The translations under genes were made by a program, and so were the position numbers. From positions 340 to 64,339 of the IMG/VR virus record IMGVR_UViG_3300024348_000029: a stretch of DNA of 64,000 nt. One strand, given 5' to 3'. Below the pieces are notes generated by a model. That model saw nothing but the letters and a program-made list of their open reading frames with translations, did not search any database and was not told where the DNA came from. The DNA is from a virus. Taxonomy: Duplodnaviria > Caudoviricetes. Numbering within the stretch: position 1 is the first letter of the stretch; every line of letters starts with the position of its first letter. Shown one piece after another: positions 13,889 through 24,743 of the stretch.

Positions 13889-14666
13889 CGAGAAAAAATA
13901 TACTAAGAAGAAACCTAAGAAGAAGAAAGCCCCAGTAGCGAAAAAGGAGATAGTCCCCAGACGTAAAAAGAAAACTTACCCTTCCCACGAGAAAAAACTA
14001 GTCTATACCTATGTCTTAAAAGATATCAAACGAAACATTTATAAAATTGGAAAGACTGCCGATCCTCATGCAAGATTTAAATCTTTATGTAGAAAGGGTA
14101 AGGTACTTCCTATTGCACTAGTTAGGAAGGATGTAGAGGATCAACTTCATAAAGAATACGCAGAAAATCGTATGTTTAATGAAGAATATAAAATGAATGG
14201 AGCCACTGAATGGTTCAGACCTGGAGGAAAGTTTGATGCTTTCATAGCTACTGTAGATAAAGGGAAATTCCTTCCTTATATTACTGTGCATACAATGACT
14301 AAGCAACTTATAGAAGATAATTGTATAAGATTAAATGACTCTACTGTAGAATGGGAACTTGCTCAGAGCACTTTCGGGTATTATTTTATAGGGTTGGAGT
14401 TACTTAAGATGTTAGGGTATATTAAAAAAGCCGGAGATATATTAATTTCTGAGAATAAACATGATGTTATGCTTATAGGTAGAAGGGCATCTGTATCAGA
14501 TAAAGTCTACGAAGATATTAGAGATAACTATATGGTATGTATTGCTCACAAGGCCAAGGAGGGCTTAATAGCAGAAAATAAACGTGATATATCAAGACTT
14601 AGAAAAGTTACGATAGAGACTATAGAATTTGATTCAGAAGTCTTTTTATTATTAAATAGTGTATAA
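13857..14666 (+). CDS. GIY-YIG (T5orf172-like) nuclease domain protein
   Basis: YTYVL..YKIGKT.DP..RF..L...EDQLH..Y...R...EWF. Confidence 0.8.
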   Translation: MATVKTIKKHSEKKYTKKKPKKKKAPVAKKEIVPRRKKKTYPSHEKKLVYTYVLKDIKRNIYKIGKTADPHARFKSLCRKGKVLPIALVRKDVEDQLHKEYAENRMFNEEYKMNGATEWFRPGGKFDAFIATVDKGKFLPYITVHTMTKQLIEDNCIRLNDSTVEWELAQSTFGYYFIGLELLKMLGYIKKAGDILISENKHDVMLIGRRASVSDKVYEDIRDNYMVCIAHKAKEGLIAENKRDISRLRKVTIETIEFDSEVFLLLNSV

Positions 14667-14706
14667 TAATATAGTACACAAAGATTAATTAATTAATTTC
14701 GAAAAA

Positions 14707-15867
14707 ATGAATTACTATAAAAACCATAAGGGAGCTAAAAGAAAGTTCCAGACAGCAGGTGTACTTCCTATCACAGGTAGTACAGGCGTTTCGCCATTAA
14801 CATATGGGCCAGGACCTGGTGAAGAAGGATTTACAACACCAGTATCAACTATTACAGGAAGTACTTCTAGATCAGGGCTTACTTATGGTCCTAAACCGGT
14901 AGGAGGACCTGATGCTGAAACTAGACTAGCATATATGCACCCTGAAAAAAGAAGAATGGAGTTAGTTAGGATACAGAAAAACCTGGCATCCGGACAAACT
15001 ATTCCTCAAGCAGATAAAGATCTGTTAAATGCAGCATATAGACAGAATAATCCTAACCCAAATAGTCAGATGACTGATGACCCTGAGTTATTAAAGAAAA
15101 TATTTCCAGGAGGAGATCCTATTAGTAACATAAACCCAGGTCAAACAGGCCCACCACAAACAGTAGTGAATCCTGATGGTACAGTAGCTCCTAAAACACC
15201 TGTAACACCTGTAGACACTGTAGTAGCACCAGCAACATCTACTGTAACTAATGAAGAGTTATTAGATGCTTTAGATGCCAAATTAGCAGGGGCAAAAGAT
15301 AAGGCTTCTATTGAGGCATTACAGGCGCAATTAAAAGTACCAGTTGATGGTAAATGGGGACCGGTTTCTCAAGCAGCTTTTAATAAGCAAAGGAGAGTAA
15401 TTAATTTAGGTACTAAGGCAGGTAAGGAAACTGATGAGAAGATCAGAAGAATCCAGAGACGTCTTGGAGTAGGAGTAGACGGAATATGGGGGACTAAGAC
15501 TGACACCGCATTTAAAAAACTTAAAGCATTACAAGGAGATCTTGGCGTAACAGCTGATGGTGTCTGGGGACCGAACACAAAGAAAGCAGCAATAGCTCGT
15601 AGCACTAAAACAGCTGATGAGATTCAAAGTCTTGCTACTAATGGGTTACCAAAACAAGACTTACAAAGAAGTAGCAGGCCTACTAATACCTTATCAAATG
15701 GAGATGCTCGTAAGAAAGCAAGAGGAATGAGAAAGGAAGCAAGACAAGAAAAAAGATCTGGTCGTAAACTTGATAGACAGCTAAGAAGAGATGCCGATAA
15801 GTTCAACGCAGATGGCTCACCTAAATTAAGAAGAGGCGGACTATTCTACAATTCAGTAGAAAAATAA
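14707..15867 (+). CDS. peptidoglycan-binding repeat protein
   Basis: three LQ..L.V..DG.WG..T..A repeats (PG_binding_1-like); low-complexity N-terminus. Confidence 0.75.
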   Translation: MNYYKNHKGAKRKFQTAGVLPITGSTGVSPLTYGPGPGEEGFTTPVSTITGSTSRSGLTYGPKPVGGPDAETRLAYMHPEKRRMELVRIQKNLASGQTIPQADKDLLNAAYRQNNPNPNSQMTDDPELLKKIFPGGDPISNINPGQTGPPQTVVNPDGTVAPKTPVTPVDTVVAPATSTVTNEELLDALDAKLAGAKDKASIEALQAQLKVPVDGKWGPVSQAAFNKQRRVINLGTKAGKETDEKIRRIQRRLGVGVDGIWGTKTDTAFKKLKALQGDLGVTADGVWGPNTKKAAIARSTKTADEIQSLATNGLPKQDLQRSSRPTNTLSNGDARKKARGMRKEARQEKRSGRKLDRQLRRDADKFNADGSPKLRRGGLFYNSVEK

Positions 15868-15914
15868 GACTACATTAATAGTAGTAAATAAGAATAATAT
15901 GAAAATCAATAACT

Positions 15915-16808
15915 ATGTTAGTAGAAGATTGGAGACCTAAATTATACTGTAAAGACGTTGAGTGTCAGAACCTTACGCCAAACAAGCAAGTTCTGTTCAT
16001 TGAAGAAGGACATAAATATTATCACGCAGATGATATTGTTGGAGGACAGTTGAAACCTTTTGAGGATTCAAAATATATGTTTAGATCACCTACAGGAATT
16101 ATTGGAGATATGCACGAGCATTTTGATACTATTCCACAAGCAAAGAAATACGTTAAGAAACATAAACTGCCAATCACCTGGGAACAACTCGTATATGCGT
16201 GGGAATTCTTAGGTGATTTTGCGTCTGATCAAGGTACAGTTCTACATGGATACGGAGAAGCCTTATTCAACAAATGGCCTATGCCTGCACCAGATTTACA
16301 GAAACAACCGTATGTACATGATTTATATATGGAGCTTACTGATAGATACAAGCTGGCAAAGACGGAGTTATTAGTATACTCTACAAAATTAAGGATAGCC
16401 GGACAGGTCGATCTACTTATGAAGAGTAAAGACGGTTCAGAATACCACATACTAGATTGGAAGTTTTTAAATGCTCCTATAGAGAAGAAAAGCTTCTTTA
16501 ACTGGGGAACCAGGAAATTTAAGATGATGTATGGACCATTTAATAAACTTATGGACTGTAATTTCTACCATTATAGTGTACAAATGGAAATATATAGGTA
16601 CCTTATGGGCGCCGCAGGTAAAAAAGTAAAAAGTAAAACATTGATGGTAGTAACATCTGATGGATATGAACTTGTACCGGGACACCCTATGAAAATATGG
16701 GTATCTGAAGATGGTATACTTCATGCACGATACAGACACTACAAGAATAAATTATATGATAGTTCTAAAGATATGGACTATCTAGAAAATGGTTATAAAA
16801 TAATATAA
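15915..16808 (+). CDS. PD-(D/E)XK exonuclease (Cas4/RecB-like)
   Basis: GTVLH...E...IAGQVDLL...ILDWK...YSVQMEIY. Confidence 0.85.
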   Translation: MLVEDWRPKLYCKDVECQNLTPNKQVLFIEEGHKYYHADDIVGGQLKPFEDSKYMFRSPTGIIGDMHEHFDTIPQAKKYVKKHKLPITWEQLVYAWEFLGDFASDQGTVLHGYGEALFNKWPMPAPDLQKQPYVHDLYMELTDRYKLAKTELLVYSTKLRIAGQVDLLMKSKDGSEYHILDWKFLNAPIEKKSFFNWGTRKFKMMYGPFNKLMDCNFYHYSVQMEIYRYLMGAAGKKVKSKTLMVVTSDGYELVPGHPMKIWVSEDGILHARYRHYKNKLYDSSKDMDYLENGYKII

Positions 16809-16809
16809 T

Positions 16810-17100
16810 ATGGCACTAAGAAATTTAAGACCTAGAGGAGAAAGAATATTCTTTGCCTCAGGCGATATCGTAGAAATTAAGCATGACTTACCAAATAAGC
16901 CTCAGATGCTTGTTCAATCAGTAGATAAATCTACTATGAAAGTAAAACAGTATTCTCCAGGAGAACATTCTGATGATTCAGATGAAAAAGATAAAGGAAC
17001 CCTTTTAGGCCTTACTTGTATTTGGTTCACTGCTAATGGAGAGTTACAAAAACATAGGTTTAATACAAAAGACCTACAAAAAGTAGAGTTAGATGATTAA
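16810..17100 (+). CDS. YodC/DUF2158-like small protein
   Basis: GDIVEIK...PQMLV...CIWF..GELQ..F. Confidence 0.65.
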   Translation: MALRNLRPRGERIFFASGDIVEIKHDLPNKPQMLVQSVDKSTMKVKQYSPGEHSDDSDEKDKGTLLGLTCIWFTANGELQKHRFNTKDLQKVELDD

Positions 17101-17665
17101 ATTTACTATATCAGGTGGAAAACTTGTTCTTGACAATAGTATAGTTTTGTTCGATGAACTTAAAGAGCTGTACAATGTAAAGGATGGAGAGAAGTGGCTG
17201 CAGGTCATATACTATCTGCATTCTACTGATACTGAGAATCCTTTTAGAGATCTTGATACTTTTGTATTAGAGGAGAATGTTATGATGGCAGTATTTAAAC
17301 AACCCTCATTCAAAGCCATGAAAATGACTAAGAAATTAGAGGATCAATTTAAAGCTGCGGAAAGATTATTTCTAAAGTATACTAGCACACCCGAGAAGAG
17401 GCTACTTAAATCTATTGATAGAAAGTTAGATGAAATCACTAAAATGCTGGACGATAATATACCTATCATAGAGGAATCTGTTACCAGTAGTGGAGAAACT
17501 AAGTTTAATACCAATCTTACTATTATGCTTAATGCGTTCGCTAAAATTGAGACTATTATGAAGAGTAAAACAATACTTGCTAATGCAGTAATGAAATCAG
17601 AAGGAGCAGGGCGTACCCGTGGTGGAGGTACTACAAGTTTCAGAGAACGAGGACTAGAAGACTAA
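17093..17665 (+). CDS. putative terminase small subunit
   Basis: helical 190 aa protein directly before terL, C-terminal RTRGG tail; synteny. Confidence 0.55.
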   Translation: MIKFTISGGKLVLDNSIVLFDELKELYNVKDGEKWLQVIYYLHSTDTENPFRDLDTFVLEENVMMAVFKQPSFKAMKMTKKLEDQFKAAERLFLKYTSTPEKRLLKSIDRKLDEITKMLDDNIPIIEESVTSSGETKFNTNLTIMLNAFAKIETIMKSKTILANAVMKSEGAGRTRGGGTTSFRERGLED

Positions 17666-17668
17666 GAT

Positions 17669-19852
17669 ATGAGAATTAGCGCGAAGACAAAATATAATAG
17701 GTATAGTGAGACTAAGCTTCCTTTTCTAACTAAGACAGGAGATAAAATAATGAATGGTCATTGGGATGTATCCGAGACCAAGGAGTTTCTTGAAGGAATT
17801 AGAACAGGAGAAGAAGAAATTAGACTTAAAGACTATCTAGTATACAGACCATTACCAAAAGCTATTACAGCGCTGAGAGATAAACCAGATGTTCATCCTC
17901 AGAGTTATGATATGCAACTTTACTATAAGAAGATAGATAAGGTTATGCGTGAGGGCATCTATATAGGTTCAGAGTATTATAATCCTATGTTTTGTTTTTG
18001 GCATATTTTATTCATCTTTGAGATCCCGATGTATGATAAGAATAACAATCCTATAGAAGGGTCAGAGATCGGAAGACCTTTGTATTCTACAATAGATAGA
18101 TATATTTTTGACTTGCTATGGAAAGGATTTAAACAAAAGAAGTACGGCTCTATAATGGGTGGAAGGGGTATTGGTAAATCTTTTATTACCGACTCTGTAG
18201 TTGCTTGGTTCTATATGATATTTGATAATCAAGAGATTATTATATCTGCTACCTCTGATCCAATTGTGGAGGAAGCTTGGGATAAAGTAGAAGACACTAT
18301 TAAGCTTATAGAAGAAGAGTACCCTGGGTATAGACAGAAACAAATGACTAGCTCTACTAAAAAGATTGTAGCTGGTGAAGAGTACTATGACTCTAATAAT
18401 GATAAAAAAGTTAGGGGTTCTCAGAACGAGATAAGAAAAATTACTTACGCAGATAACCCTAACGTAACAAGGGGTAGGCGTCCTCACTTTCAACATATTG
18501 AGGAGTTCGCATCTTTCCCATCACACCCATCTAAAGGCTCTTTAAAAAACTGTTTAACACAGTCTAAGGGTTCTTGGAAGATCATGGGATCTATTATGAA
18601 AGCATTCGTAATGATGACAGGTACGGGTGGATCTGTGAACAATAAAGATGCTGAAGATGTATTTACCAATCCAGATGGTTTCAATCTATTGAAGGTAATG
18701 GAATGGACAGATAATCCAAAAGGTACAGGTATATTTATTCCTGCCTATCTTAAGTATGGAGGTACTTGGGAGGGCGTAGGGACACCGAATATTGAACTTG
18801 CTATGCTGTTACTGATTAAGTCTAGAAAGGCGTTAGAATCAGACCCTATAGCATTCATTGGGGAACTACAGGAATTTCCAATAACTCTAGATGAGGTATT
18901 TACTGTAACAGGTACTAATATCTTCAACCAGGATAAAATAGCTGAGCAGCTTACTAAATTAAAAGTAGCTACCAAGAAGCCGTGGAAGACAGGACAACTA
19001 AATTACATTCTTGATAAAGACGGTAATGTATTAGGTGTTGAGTTCGTAGAGAAAGCTGGGGGTAAAATTATTATAGTAGAAGAACCTGATAGAGAACCTG
19101 ATGGTCAGATAATGAATAATCTTTATGTAGGTGGAGTAGATAGTATTGACCAAGGTAGAAAAGATTCATTAGTAGATGGATCTAAATTAGCTGTAGCTAT
19201 AAAGAAGAGGATGACTAATTCACTATTTACTAGAACAAGTCAAATATATGTAGCTTTCTATAATGAACGTTCTGATGACGTACGTTGGGATTATGAAAAT
19301 GTCCTGAAGTTATCGATGTATTTCAATGCTAAGATGAATATTGAGTACACTAAAATAAATATAGTGTCCTTCTTTAGAGAGAAAAAACAATTATGGAGAG
19401 TATTAAAAAGGCCTTCAATTGCTATAGGGTCTAATGTAAGTGGACAGAAAGCAAGTACACTTATAGGTACTCCTGCTACTACTGCAGTAATTGATCACCA
19501 AGATCAAAAATTTGCTGACTATATTGATGATAATTACTACCAAATTTTGTATATTCCCGTGCTGGAACAGTGCAGGGATTACTCAAGAGAAAATAGGACA
19601 AAATACGATTTTGTGGTAGCCTGCGGATTAGCTGAATTAGCTGATGAAGATTTTTTAGGTAGGCCAGCATCAACAACAGGTACAGCATCAGGGGAGTTAA
19701 CTATGATAGGTATGTATCGAGACGGCAATGGTAGAAAGCGTTGGGGAACTATCCCAGTTAATGATAGCAAAGAAATAAACTCTATCTCAGAGGAGGAAAT
19801 AGGTGAGAATAATCAATCTACTCCTTTTAAGTGGATAGATCCTACTCAATAG
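17669..19852 (+). CDS. terL: terminase large subunit
   Basis: Walker A GGRGIGKS, Walker B HIEEF, TGT coupling motif, nuclease YVGGVDS...KYDFVVA. Confidence 0.93.
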   Translation: MRISAKTKYNRYSETKLPFLTKTGDKIMNGHWDVSETKEFLEGIRTGEEEIRLKDYLVYRPLPKAITALRDKPDVHPQSYDMQLYYKKIDKVMREGIYIGSEYYNPMFCFWHILFIFEIPMYDKNNNPIEGSEIGRPLYSTIDRYIFDLLWKGFKQKKYGSIMGGRGIGKSFITDSVVAWFYMIFDNQEIIISATSDPIVEEAWDKVEDTIKLIEEEYPGYRQKQMTSSTKKIVAGEEYYDSNNDKKVRGSQNEIRKITYADNPNVTRGRRPHFQHIEEFASFPSHPSKGSLKNCLTQSKGSWKIMGSIMKAFVMMTGTGGSVNNKDAEDVFTNPDGFNLLKVMEWTDNPKGTGIFIPAYLKYGGTWEGVGTPNIELAMLLLIKSRKALESDPIAFIGELQEFPITLDEVFTVTGTNIFNQDKIAEQLTKLKVATKKPWKTGQLNYILDKDGNVLGVEFVEKAGGKIIIVEEPDREPDGQIMNNLYVGGVDSIDQGRKDSLVDGSKLAVAIKKRMTNSLFTRTSQIYVAFYNERSDDVRWDYENVLKLSMYFNAKMNIEYTKINIVSFFREKKQLWRVLKRPSIAIGSNVSGQKASTLIGTPATTAVIDHQDQKFADYIDDNYYQILYIPVLEQCRDYSRENRTKYDFVVACGLAELADEDFLGRPASTTGTASGELTMIGMYRDGNGRKRWGTIPVNDSKEINSISEEEIGENNQSTPFKWIDPTQ

Positions 19853-19875
19853 GAGTATAGTATCAAAATTAATTA

Positions 19876-19883
19876 GTATTATA
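19876..19883 (+). promoter_or_regulatory. putative late promoter motif GTATTATA
   Basis: same octamer in intergenic gaps at 6746(-), 24704, 30235, 51462, 60103, 62089. Confidence 0.55.
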
Positions 19884-19914
19884 TAAACAGGATTAATAAT
19901 TCAATAAGAAAAAT

Positions 19915-20664
19915 ATGAGTAATGAAAACAAAAGTATGGATCTTGGCCAGGTAAAGGCTGACATTGCGTACAGACATGGAGGATCAGAACAAATGAAAAG
20001 TATGGCAAATGCCAAGAATCTGACTGCCAACAATGATTTAGATGAGGTTGTACCAGTAGGTGATAGGATAGTAGTATCCTTGAAAGCCTGGCCAGCTCAA
20101 AGTGTTAACGGTTTATTTATGCCGGAGAGCTACACTGTTATTAGAGGTGATATGTATTCAACTCAAGTTGAAGCTGTAGGAGCTGATGTAACACTAGTTA
20201 AAAAAGGGGATGTTATTATAGTATCTATTTATTCAGGATATCATATAACAACAAAAACCGGCCACGCAAAAATCATTTCACAAGCAGACATACTAATTCA
20301 TAAGACAAAAGAAGACATGGAAAAAGATCAATCCTTCGACCCTAAAACATTTAAACCAGGAATCAATTTTATTTTGGTTGAAATGATAGAAAAGAAACAA
20401 CAAAGAACAGCGTCAGGTATTATCACAGAAATGGGAGAAGACGATGCACTTAATAAAAATGATGTAGCTACTAAGACAGCTATAGTATTAGCTAAAGGTG
20501 AGGTTGACAAGTTCGGAAAGGAATATAAAGAGGTAAACATTGGAAGTACTATTATTATGGACTCATACGTGGGTATAGTATTAAATACATCAGATGTTAC
20601 AGACGAGGCTAAGTATAGAATTATGTTAAGTAATGATATCCTTGGGTATATTGAAAAGAAATAA
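19915..20664 (+). CDS. groES: co-chaperonin with two tandem GroES (Cpn10) domains
   Basis: VPVGDRIVV..GLFMP..VEAVG..VKKGDVI..ADILI and FKPGINFILVE..TASGII..VLAKG..NDILG. Confidence 0.8.
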   Translation: MSNENKSMDLGQVKADIAYRHGGSEQMKSMANAKNLTANNDLDEVVPVGDRIVVSLKAWPAQSVNGLFMPESYTVIRGDMYSTQVEAVGADVTLVKKGDVIIVSIYSGYHITTKTGHAKIISQADILIHKTKEDMEKDQSFDPKTFKPGINFILVEMIEKKQQRTASGIITEMGEDDALNKNDVATKTAIVLAKGEVDKFGKEYKEVNIGSTIIMDSYVGIVLNTSDVTDEAKYRIMLSNDILGYIEKK

Positions 20665-20675
20665 TATAACGATTT

Positions 20676-22964
20676 ATGTACACTAATAGCTATACAACTA
20701 TAAAGAGGGAAGTATTTTTAACCGATAAGGAAAAGCTTAACCCTCAATACTTTAAGGATCAATCAGATTTCTATATAGCTAGTTTGACTACTGCTAAGAT
20801 GGGAGTCGAAACATCTCGTAATTACTATTCTAGTATGAGAGATCAGCTAGACTTTGAGTATTTAGAGGATATCTATGGTATGCAAAACCCTATTGATTTA
20901 GGATTTACAAACATTATAAAACCCCGTGTAGATGCACTAGTTGGGCTTAGTTTATTATCTGAGCCCAATTTTAGTGTCGCATATACTGATAGTGATACCG
21001 TTAAAGCTGTAGAGCAAGAGAAACTTGATAAGGTTCTTGGTGAGCTTGAGACAGAACTCGGTAGAAAACTAGAAAGTAACAGGAGAGCAGCTGCAAAGAA
21101 TCCACAGCAAGCTCCTGAGGCTAGCGAAACTCCTTCAGCGGGAGTAAAAGACTGGCTAGGAAATTTAACTAAAAAATACGGTCCATCATATGTTTCTTCA
21201 TTTGAGATAGCCGCCCAAAATATTATCCGTCATATAGAGACTGACTCTGAGATAGATATGGGGAACGTCAAAAAAGAAGTATCAAAAGATTACTTTACTA
21301 CAGGTGAAGGGTATTCTCGCTCCATTTATAAAGGAGAAGGGAAGGATCCTAAGATTGAGTGTGTAAAACCAGAGCACATCTTCACTAATAAACCTAGACA
21401 AGATAGAGACCTTAAGAATACAGATGTAGTAGTTCATAGAAGAAGAGTTACTGTACATAATATATTAAAGGAACTTGGAGATGTAATCACAAAGGCTGAG
21501 GCAGAAAAATTATTTACTGCTTATAGCACGTTAGGATCTGATCTTGATTTACGATTTGGAGCTCCGGATGTAATGATTCAAAATGCCCAGGGAAATGAAA
21601 TGGATAATGTAGGCCTTAAAACAGGTTGGACAGATGCTCCACTTTCAGGACTTATAGGAGATCTAGTTGATTTCTATCACGTTGAGTGGTTAGCTTCCAC
21701 TAGAATCCCTGACGGTAAAGGTGGGCATGTATACAGAGAAGATCGTTACGAGTGCTATCGTATTGGTACTGAGATACATATAGGCGGAAGACGTTGTGCA
21801 GAAGCGCCAAGAAAAGAAGATTCCTTATGGAAAACTACACTATCTTATAAAGGACTAATAAATGTTTCTCCTAAAGGAATTGTAGAGTCTATGGTGAATA
21901 GTATGAGAGAACTTCAGGATCTATATGATATTATGATGTTCTTCAGAAATAATACAGTAGCAAACTCAGGTGTATCTGGATCTCGTGTGAACGTTGCCGC
22001 TATACCGAAAGCGCTAGGTAAAAAGTTCATGGATAGATTAACGAAGTGGATTACTTTCCGTAAGCAGGGTATAGAACTTGTGGATCCTACAGAAGAAGGG
22101 GCCCAGTTATTCCAACACTATGGTGATTTTAATGCTGCTATAAAAGGAGATTCCATTAACGCTATTAACGCTATCTTAGAGTCCTTGACAGTTCAAGCTG
22201 ATATTGTATCAGGTGTACCTCGTCAGATGCTAGGAGTTATAGAACAAAGAGATGCAGTAGAAAATGTGAAAGTAGGTATCAATCAGGTATCAGTACTTTC
22301 ATTAGAATTATTTAGAGATATAGATCGTTGCTTGAATAGAACAGTACAAGAATCTTTAGATGCTTTTAAATTCGCCTATAGAAATATGGAGAAGAGAGGT
22401 ATCCATAGACATGGTTCAATGTTGATACCTTTTACTGTAAGTCCTAGTCATTTTGCTATGTCTGATCATAAAGTATCTGTAGTTTCTTCAGGGATAGAAA
22501 ACCCTAAGTTACTGAAGATCATAGGGTTGGCCAAAGAATTCGTAGCTGCAGGAGCACTTCCTCCAGAGGTAATGGTTAAAATGCTTAATAAAAGATCTGT
22601 ACCAGAAGTAGAGATTATGTTGGACGAAGCTATTGCCAAGCAGAAAGAAGAGCAAATGAATATTCAGAAGATGCAGCAAGCATTGGATGAGTCTGAGTCT
22701 ACAATTAAACAGCTAGAGGCAGAGATAGCTAGACTTGAGAATAATGCTCAGGCTGCAAACAAAGAGAGACTAGAACTTGATAAGAAAGTAGCTGGGTTCC
22801 AAAACGAACAGAAAACTAGAGAGCTTGATATTATAGAGAATAAAAATAAAAAAGACGGAGAAGTAAAAGATAAGGAGGTAGTTCTTAAGGCACAGACAGT
22901 TGAGCTTGAGAAGGAACAACTTTTATTTGGATCCGGAAATGCAAAAGAAGTTAACAATTTTTAA
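20676..22964 (+). CDS. portal protein
   Basis: 762 aa after terL; NIIKPRVDALVG, SGVPRQMLGVI, C-terminal coiled-coil barrel as in crAss/P22-type portals. Confidence 0.88.
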   Translation: MYTNSYTTIKREVFLTDKEKLNPQYFKDQSDFYIASLTTAKMGVETSRNYYSSMRDQLDFEYLEDIYGMQNPIDLGFTNIIKPRVDALVGLSLLSEPNFSVAYTDSDTVKAVEQEKLDKVLGELETELGRKLESNRRAAAKNPQQAPEASETPSAGVKDWLGNLTKKYGPSYVSSFEIAAQNIIRHIETDSEIDMGNVKKEVSKDYFTTGEGYSRSIYKGEGKDPKIECVKPEHIFTNKPRQDRDLKNTDVVVHRRRVTVHNILKELGDVITKAEAEKLFTAYSTLGSDLDLRFGAPDVMIQNAQGNEMDNVGLKTGWTDAPLSGLIGDLVDFYHVEWLASTRIPDGKGGHVYREDRYECYRIGTEIHIGGRRCAEAPRKEDSLWKTTLSYKGLINVSPKGIVESMVNSMRELQDLYDIMMFFRNNTVANSGVSGSRVNVAAIPKALGKKFMDRLTKWITFRKQGIELVDPTEEGAQLFQHYGDFNAAIKGDSINAINAILESLTVQADIVSGVPRQMLGVIEQRDAVENVKVGINQVSVLSLELFRDIDRCLNRTVQESLDAFKFAYRNMEKRGIHRHGSMLIPFTVSPSHFAMSDHKVSVVSSGIENPKLLKIIGLAKEFVAAGALPPEVMVKMLNKRSVPEVEIMLDEAIAKQKEEQMNIQKMQQALDESESTIKQLEAEIARLENNAQAANKERLELDKKVAGFQNEQKTRELDIIENKNKKDGEVKDKEVVLKAQTVELEKEQLLFGSGNAKEVNNF

Positions 22965-22974
22965 TTAGATTAGA

Positions 22975-24003
22975 ATGGACGATATAAAAAGCGTATCAAT
23001 AAAAGATACAAACGGAAGCCTATCTGAGGATATTATTAAAATATACTTAGAAAAGTCATCGCTTAATGCATGGCTAACTGATGGAGAGGACGGTAGGAGA
23101 ACTCTTAAATTATCTCCTTCAAATGTTAGATTCGATTCTGTTCCTAATATTAATGGTTCTACATATAAAACTTTTTTAGCTTATAATGGGAGTCTAGGTT
23201 ACTCTAATAAGATATTCTCTACTGTAGTAGCAGATGCCTCAGGTATATTTGTTCCTGGAGATCTTCCTGTACTAGAGTATGATCCATCTACTGTAGTAAA
23301 ACCAGATCTAGAAGAGTTAGAAGATGTTGTTATAGATATTAAAATGTATAATGGAACTGTTGATGTTCTAAATTATTCTGAAGGTATACTATCAAATGGG
23401 GAGAAATCCTACTTTGTAAAATCCAGAAGGGCTTATCCTACGCAGGTAACAAGTCTTCCTAACGTAGCTGGGAGTAAGGTTTATATGGATGGATGGTATT
23501 CATACACCACAATAATCTTTAGACCTCTTATTGTAGGAGCAGTACTATCAGAAGGAAACTTCTATGGGTACGAAGGGTTTATTTTTAAGGCTTCAGATAA
23601 CGGTATTTTATCTAAAAGTATTGAGGGTGATTTATATATAATGAGAGAAGGAGATACTGTTGTAAAGGATGGTGTAATGCAGGTAGAGAACGCAGATTAT
23701 GAAGGACTTTTATTTACTTTAAATGAAACTACTGGATTAGGTGCAATGGGTAATAATGTGTACTTACATTCACAAGTACTTGTTATGGATGAGATAAGAG
23801 ATGCTATAACAAAAGAGGCTGTAGAGCAGGCATTTGCAGATGATCAGGATTATATAGATTTTCAAAACTGGCAGAAGTTGACTCTTAAAAGAGCAAGTGC
23901 ATATATAATGTTTCAGAACGAGTTGTTCGAAAACGCTCAGATTCTTTTAGAGTCTGCTAGAGCTTTTTGTACAAAAGGAAGATATAACTTTAATTGTAAA
24001 TAA
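22975..24003 (+). CDS. putative structural protein
   Basis: 342 aa ORF in head module. Confidence 0.7.
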   Translation: MDDIKSVSIKDTNGSLSEDIIKIYLEKSSLNAWLTDGEDGRRTLKLSPSNVRFDSVPNINGSTYKTFLAYNGSLGYSNKIFSTVVADASGIFVPGDLPVLEYDPSTVVKPDLEELEDVVIDIKMYNGTVDVLNYSEGILSNGEKSYFVKSRRAYPTQVTSLPNVAGSKVYMDGWYSYTTIIFRPLIVGAVLSEGNFYGYEGFIFKASDNGILSKSIEGDLYIMREGDTVVKDGVMQVENADYEGLLFTLNETTGLGAMGNNVYLHSQVLVMDEIRDAITKEAVEQAFADDQDYIDFQNWQKLTLKRASAYIMFQNELFENAQILLESARAFCTKGRYNFNCK

Positions 24004-24005
24004 TC

Positions 24006-24272
24006 ATGATTGTAATACAAGACATTTGGACTGCGGTTGATAGAGCTTACGAAGAGATAGCTATGTTACAGCTAGAAATAGCTAAGAGGTCCCGTGTATC
24101 TGGTGATGTTACCATATTTAATAAAAAACAAATGGTGTCAACAGAGTTATATGCGTATGTAGATGCTATAAACAGTATTTCTTTCAATCATGACAGTACA
24201 AAAAATAAAACTATAGAGAGACTATATTATAAAATAAAATTAATTACTAAAGATTTAAGACAATGGGATTAA
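24006..24272 (+). CDS. hypothetical protein
   Basis: tightly packed ORF. Confidence 0.7.
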   Translation: MIVIQDIWTAVDRAYEEIAMLQLEIAKRSRVSGDVTIFNKKQMVSTELYAYVDAINSISFNHDSTKNKTIERLYYKIKLITKDLRQWD

Positions 24273-24664
24273 ATAACTATCGATCATTCAAAGATAATGT
24301 TGTGGATGACGGAGAAGAAGTTTTCGCAGTAGTGGAAGCAGATTTTTCACCAGACTTTAAGAATAGAAACACAATTCAACTATGGGATGTAACAGCTATA
24401 GCTAATCCTATAATCAATAAATGGAAGGGTACTACTCTGACAGACAGGACCTTACATGAGGTTACAATAGTGAATAATGGTAACACATTAAAGGCAGTAA
24501 GATTTACATCTAACTTTAAATTTACAGACGAGGAATTTGTAACTGATTTAGATATAAAAATAGGTCCTAATGGTTCAGCTCACTTTTATTGTACCGCCAT
24601 TTTAGACAACGGTAATCTTGTATTTAATATGCGTACAGGGTCGCAAGATAAAAGAAAATTATAA
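24263..24664 (+). CDS. hypothetical protein
   Basis: overlapping start, 133 aa. Confidence 0.7.
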   Translation: MGLNNYRSFKDNVVDDGEEVFAVVEADFSPDFKNRNTIQLWDVTAIANPIINKWKGTTLTDRTLHEVTIVNNGNTLKAVRFTSNFKFTDEEFVTDLDIKIGPNGSAHFYCTAILDNGNLVFNMRTGSQDKRKL

Positions 24665-24743
24665 TAATATCACCTTTCAGGTATATCTTTATAAATTAAT
24701 AGTGTATTATAAGAATATGTAAATAACAAATAAGAATAATAAG

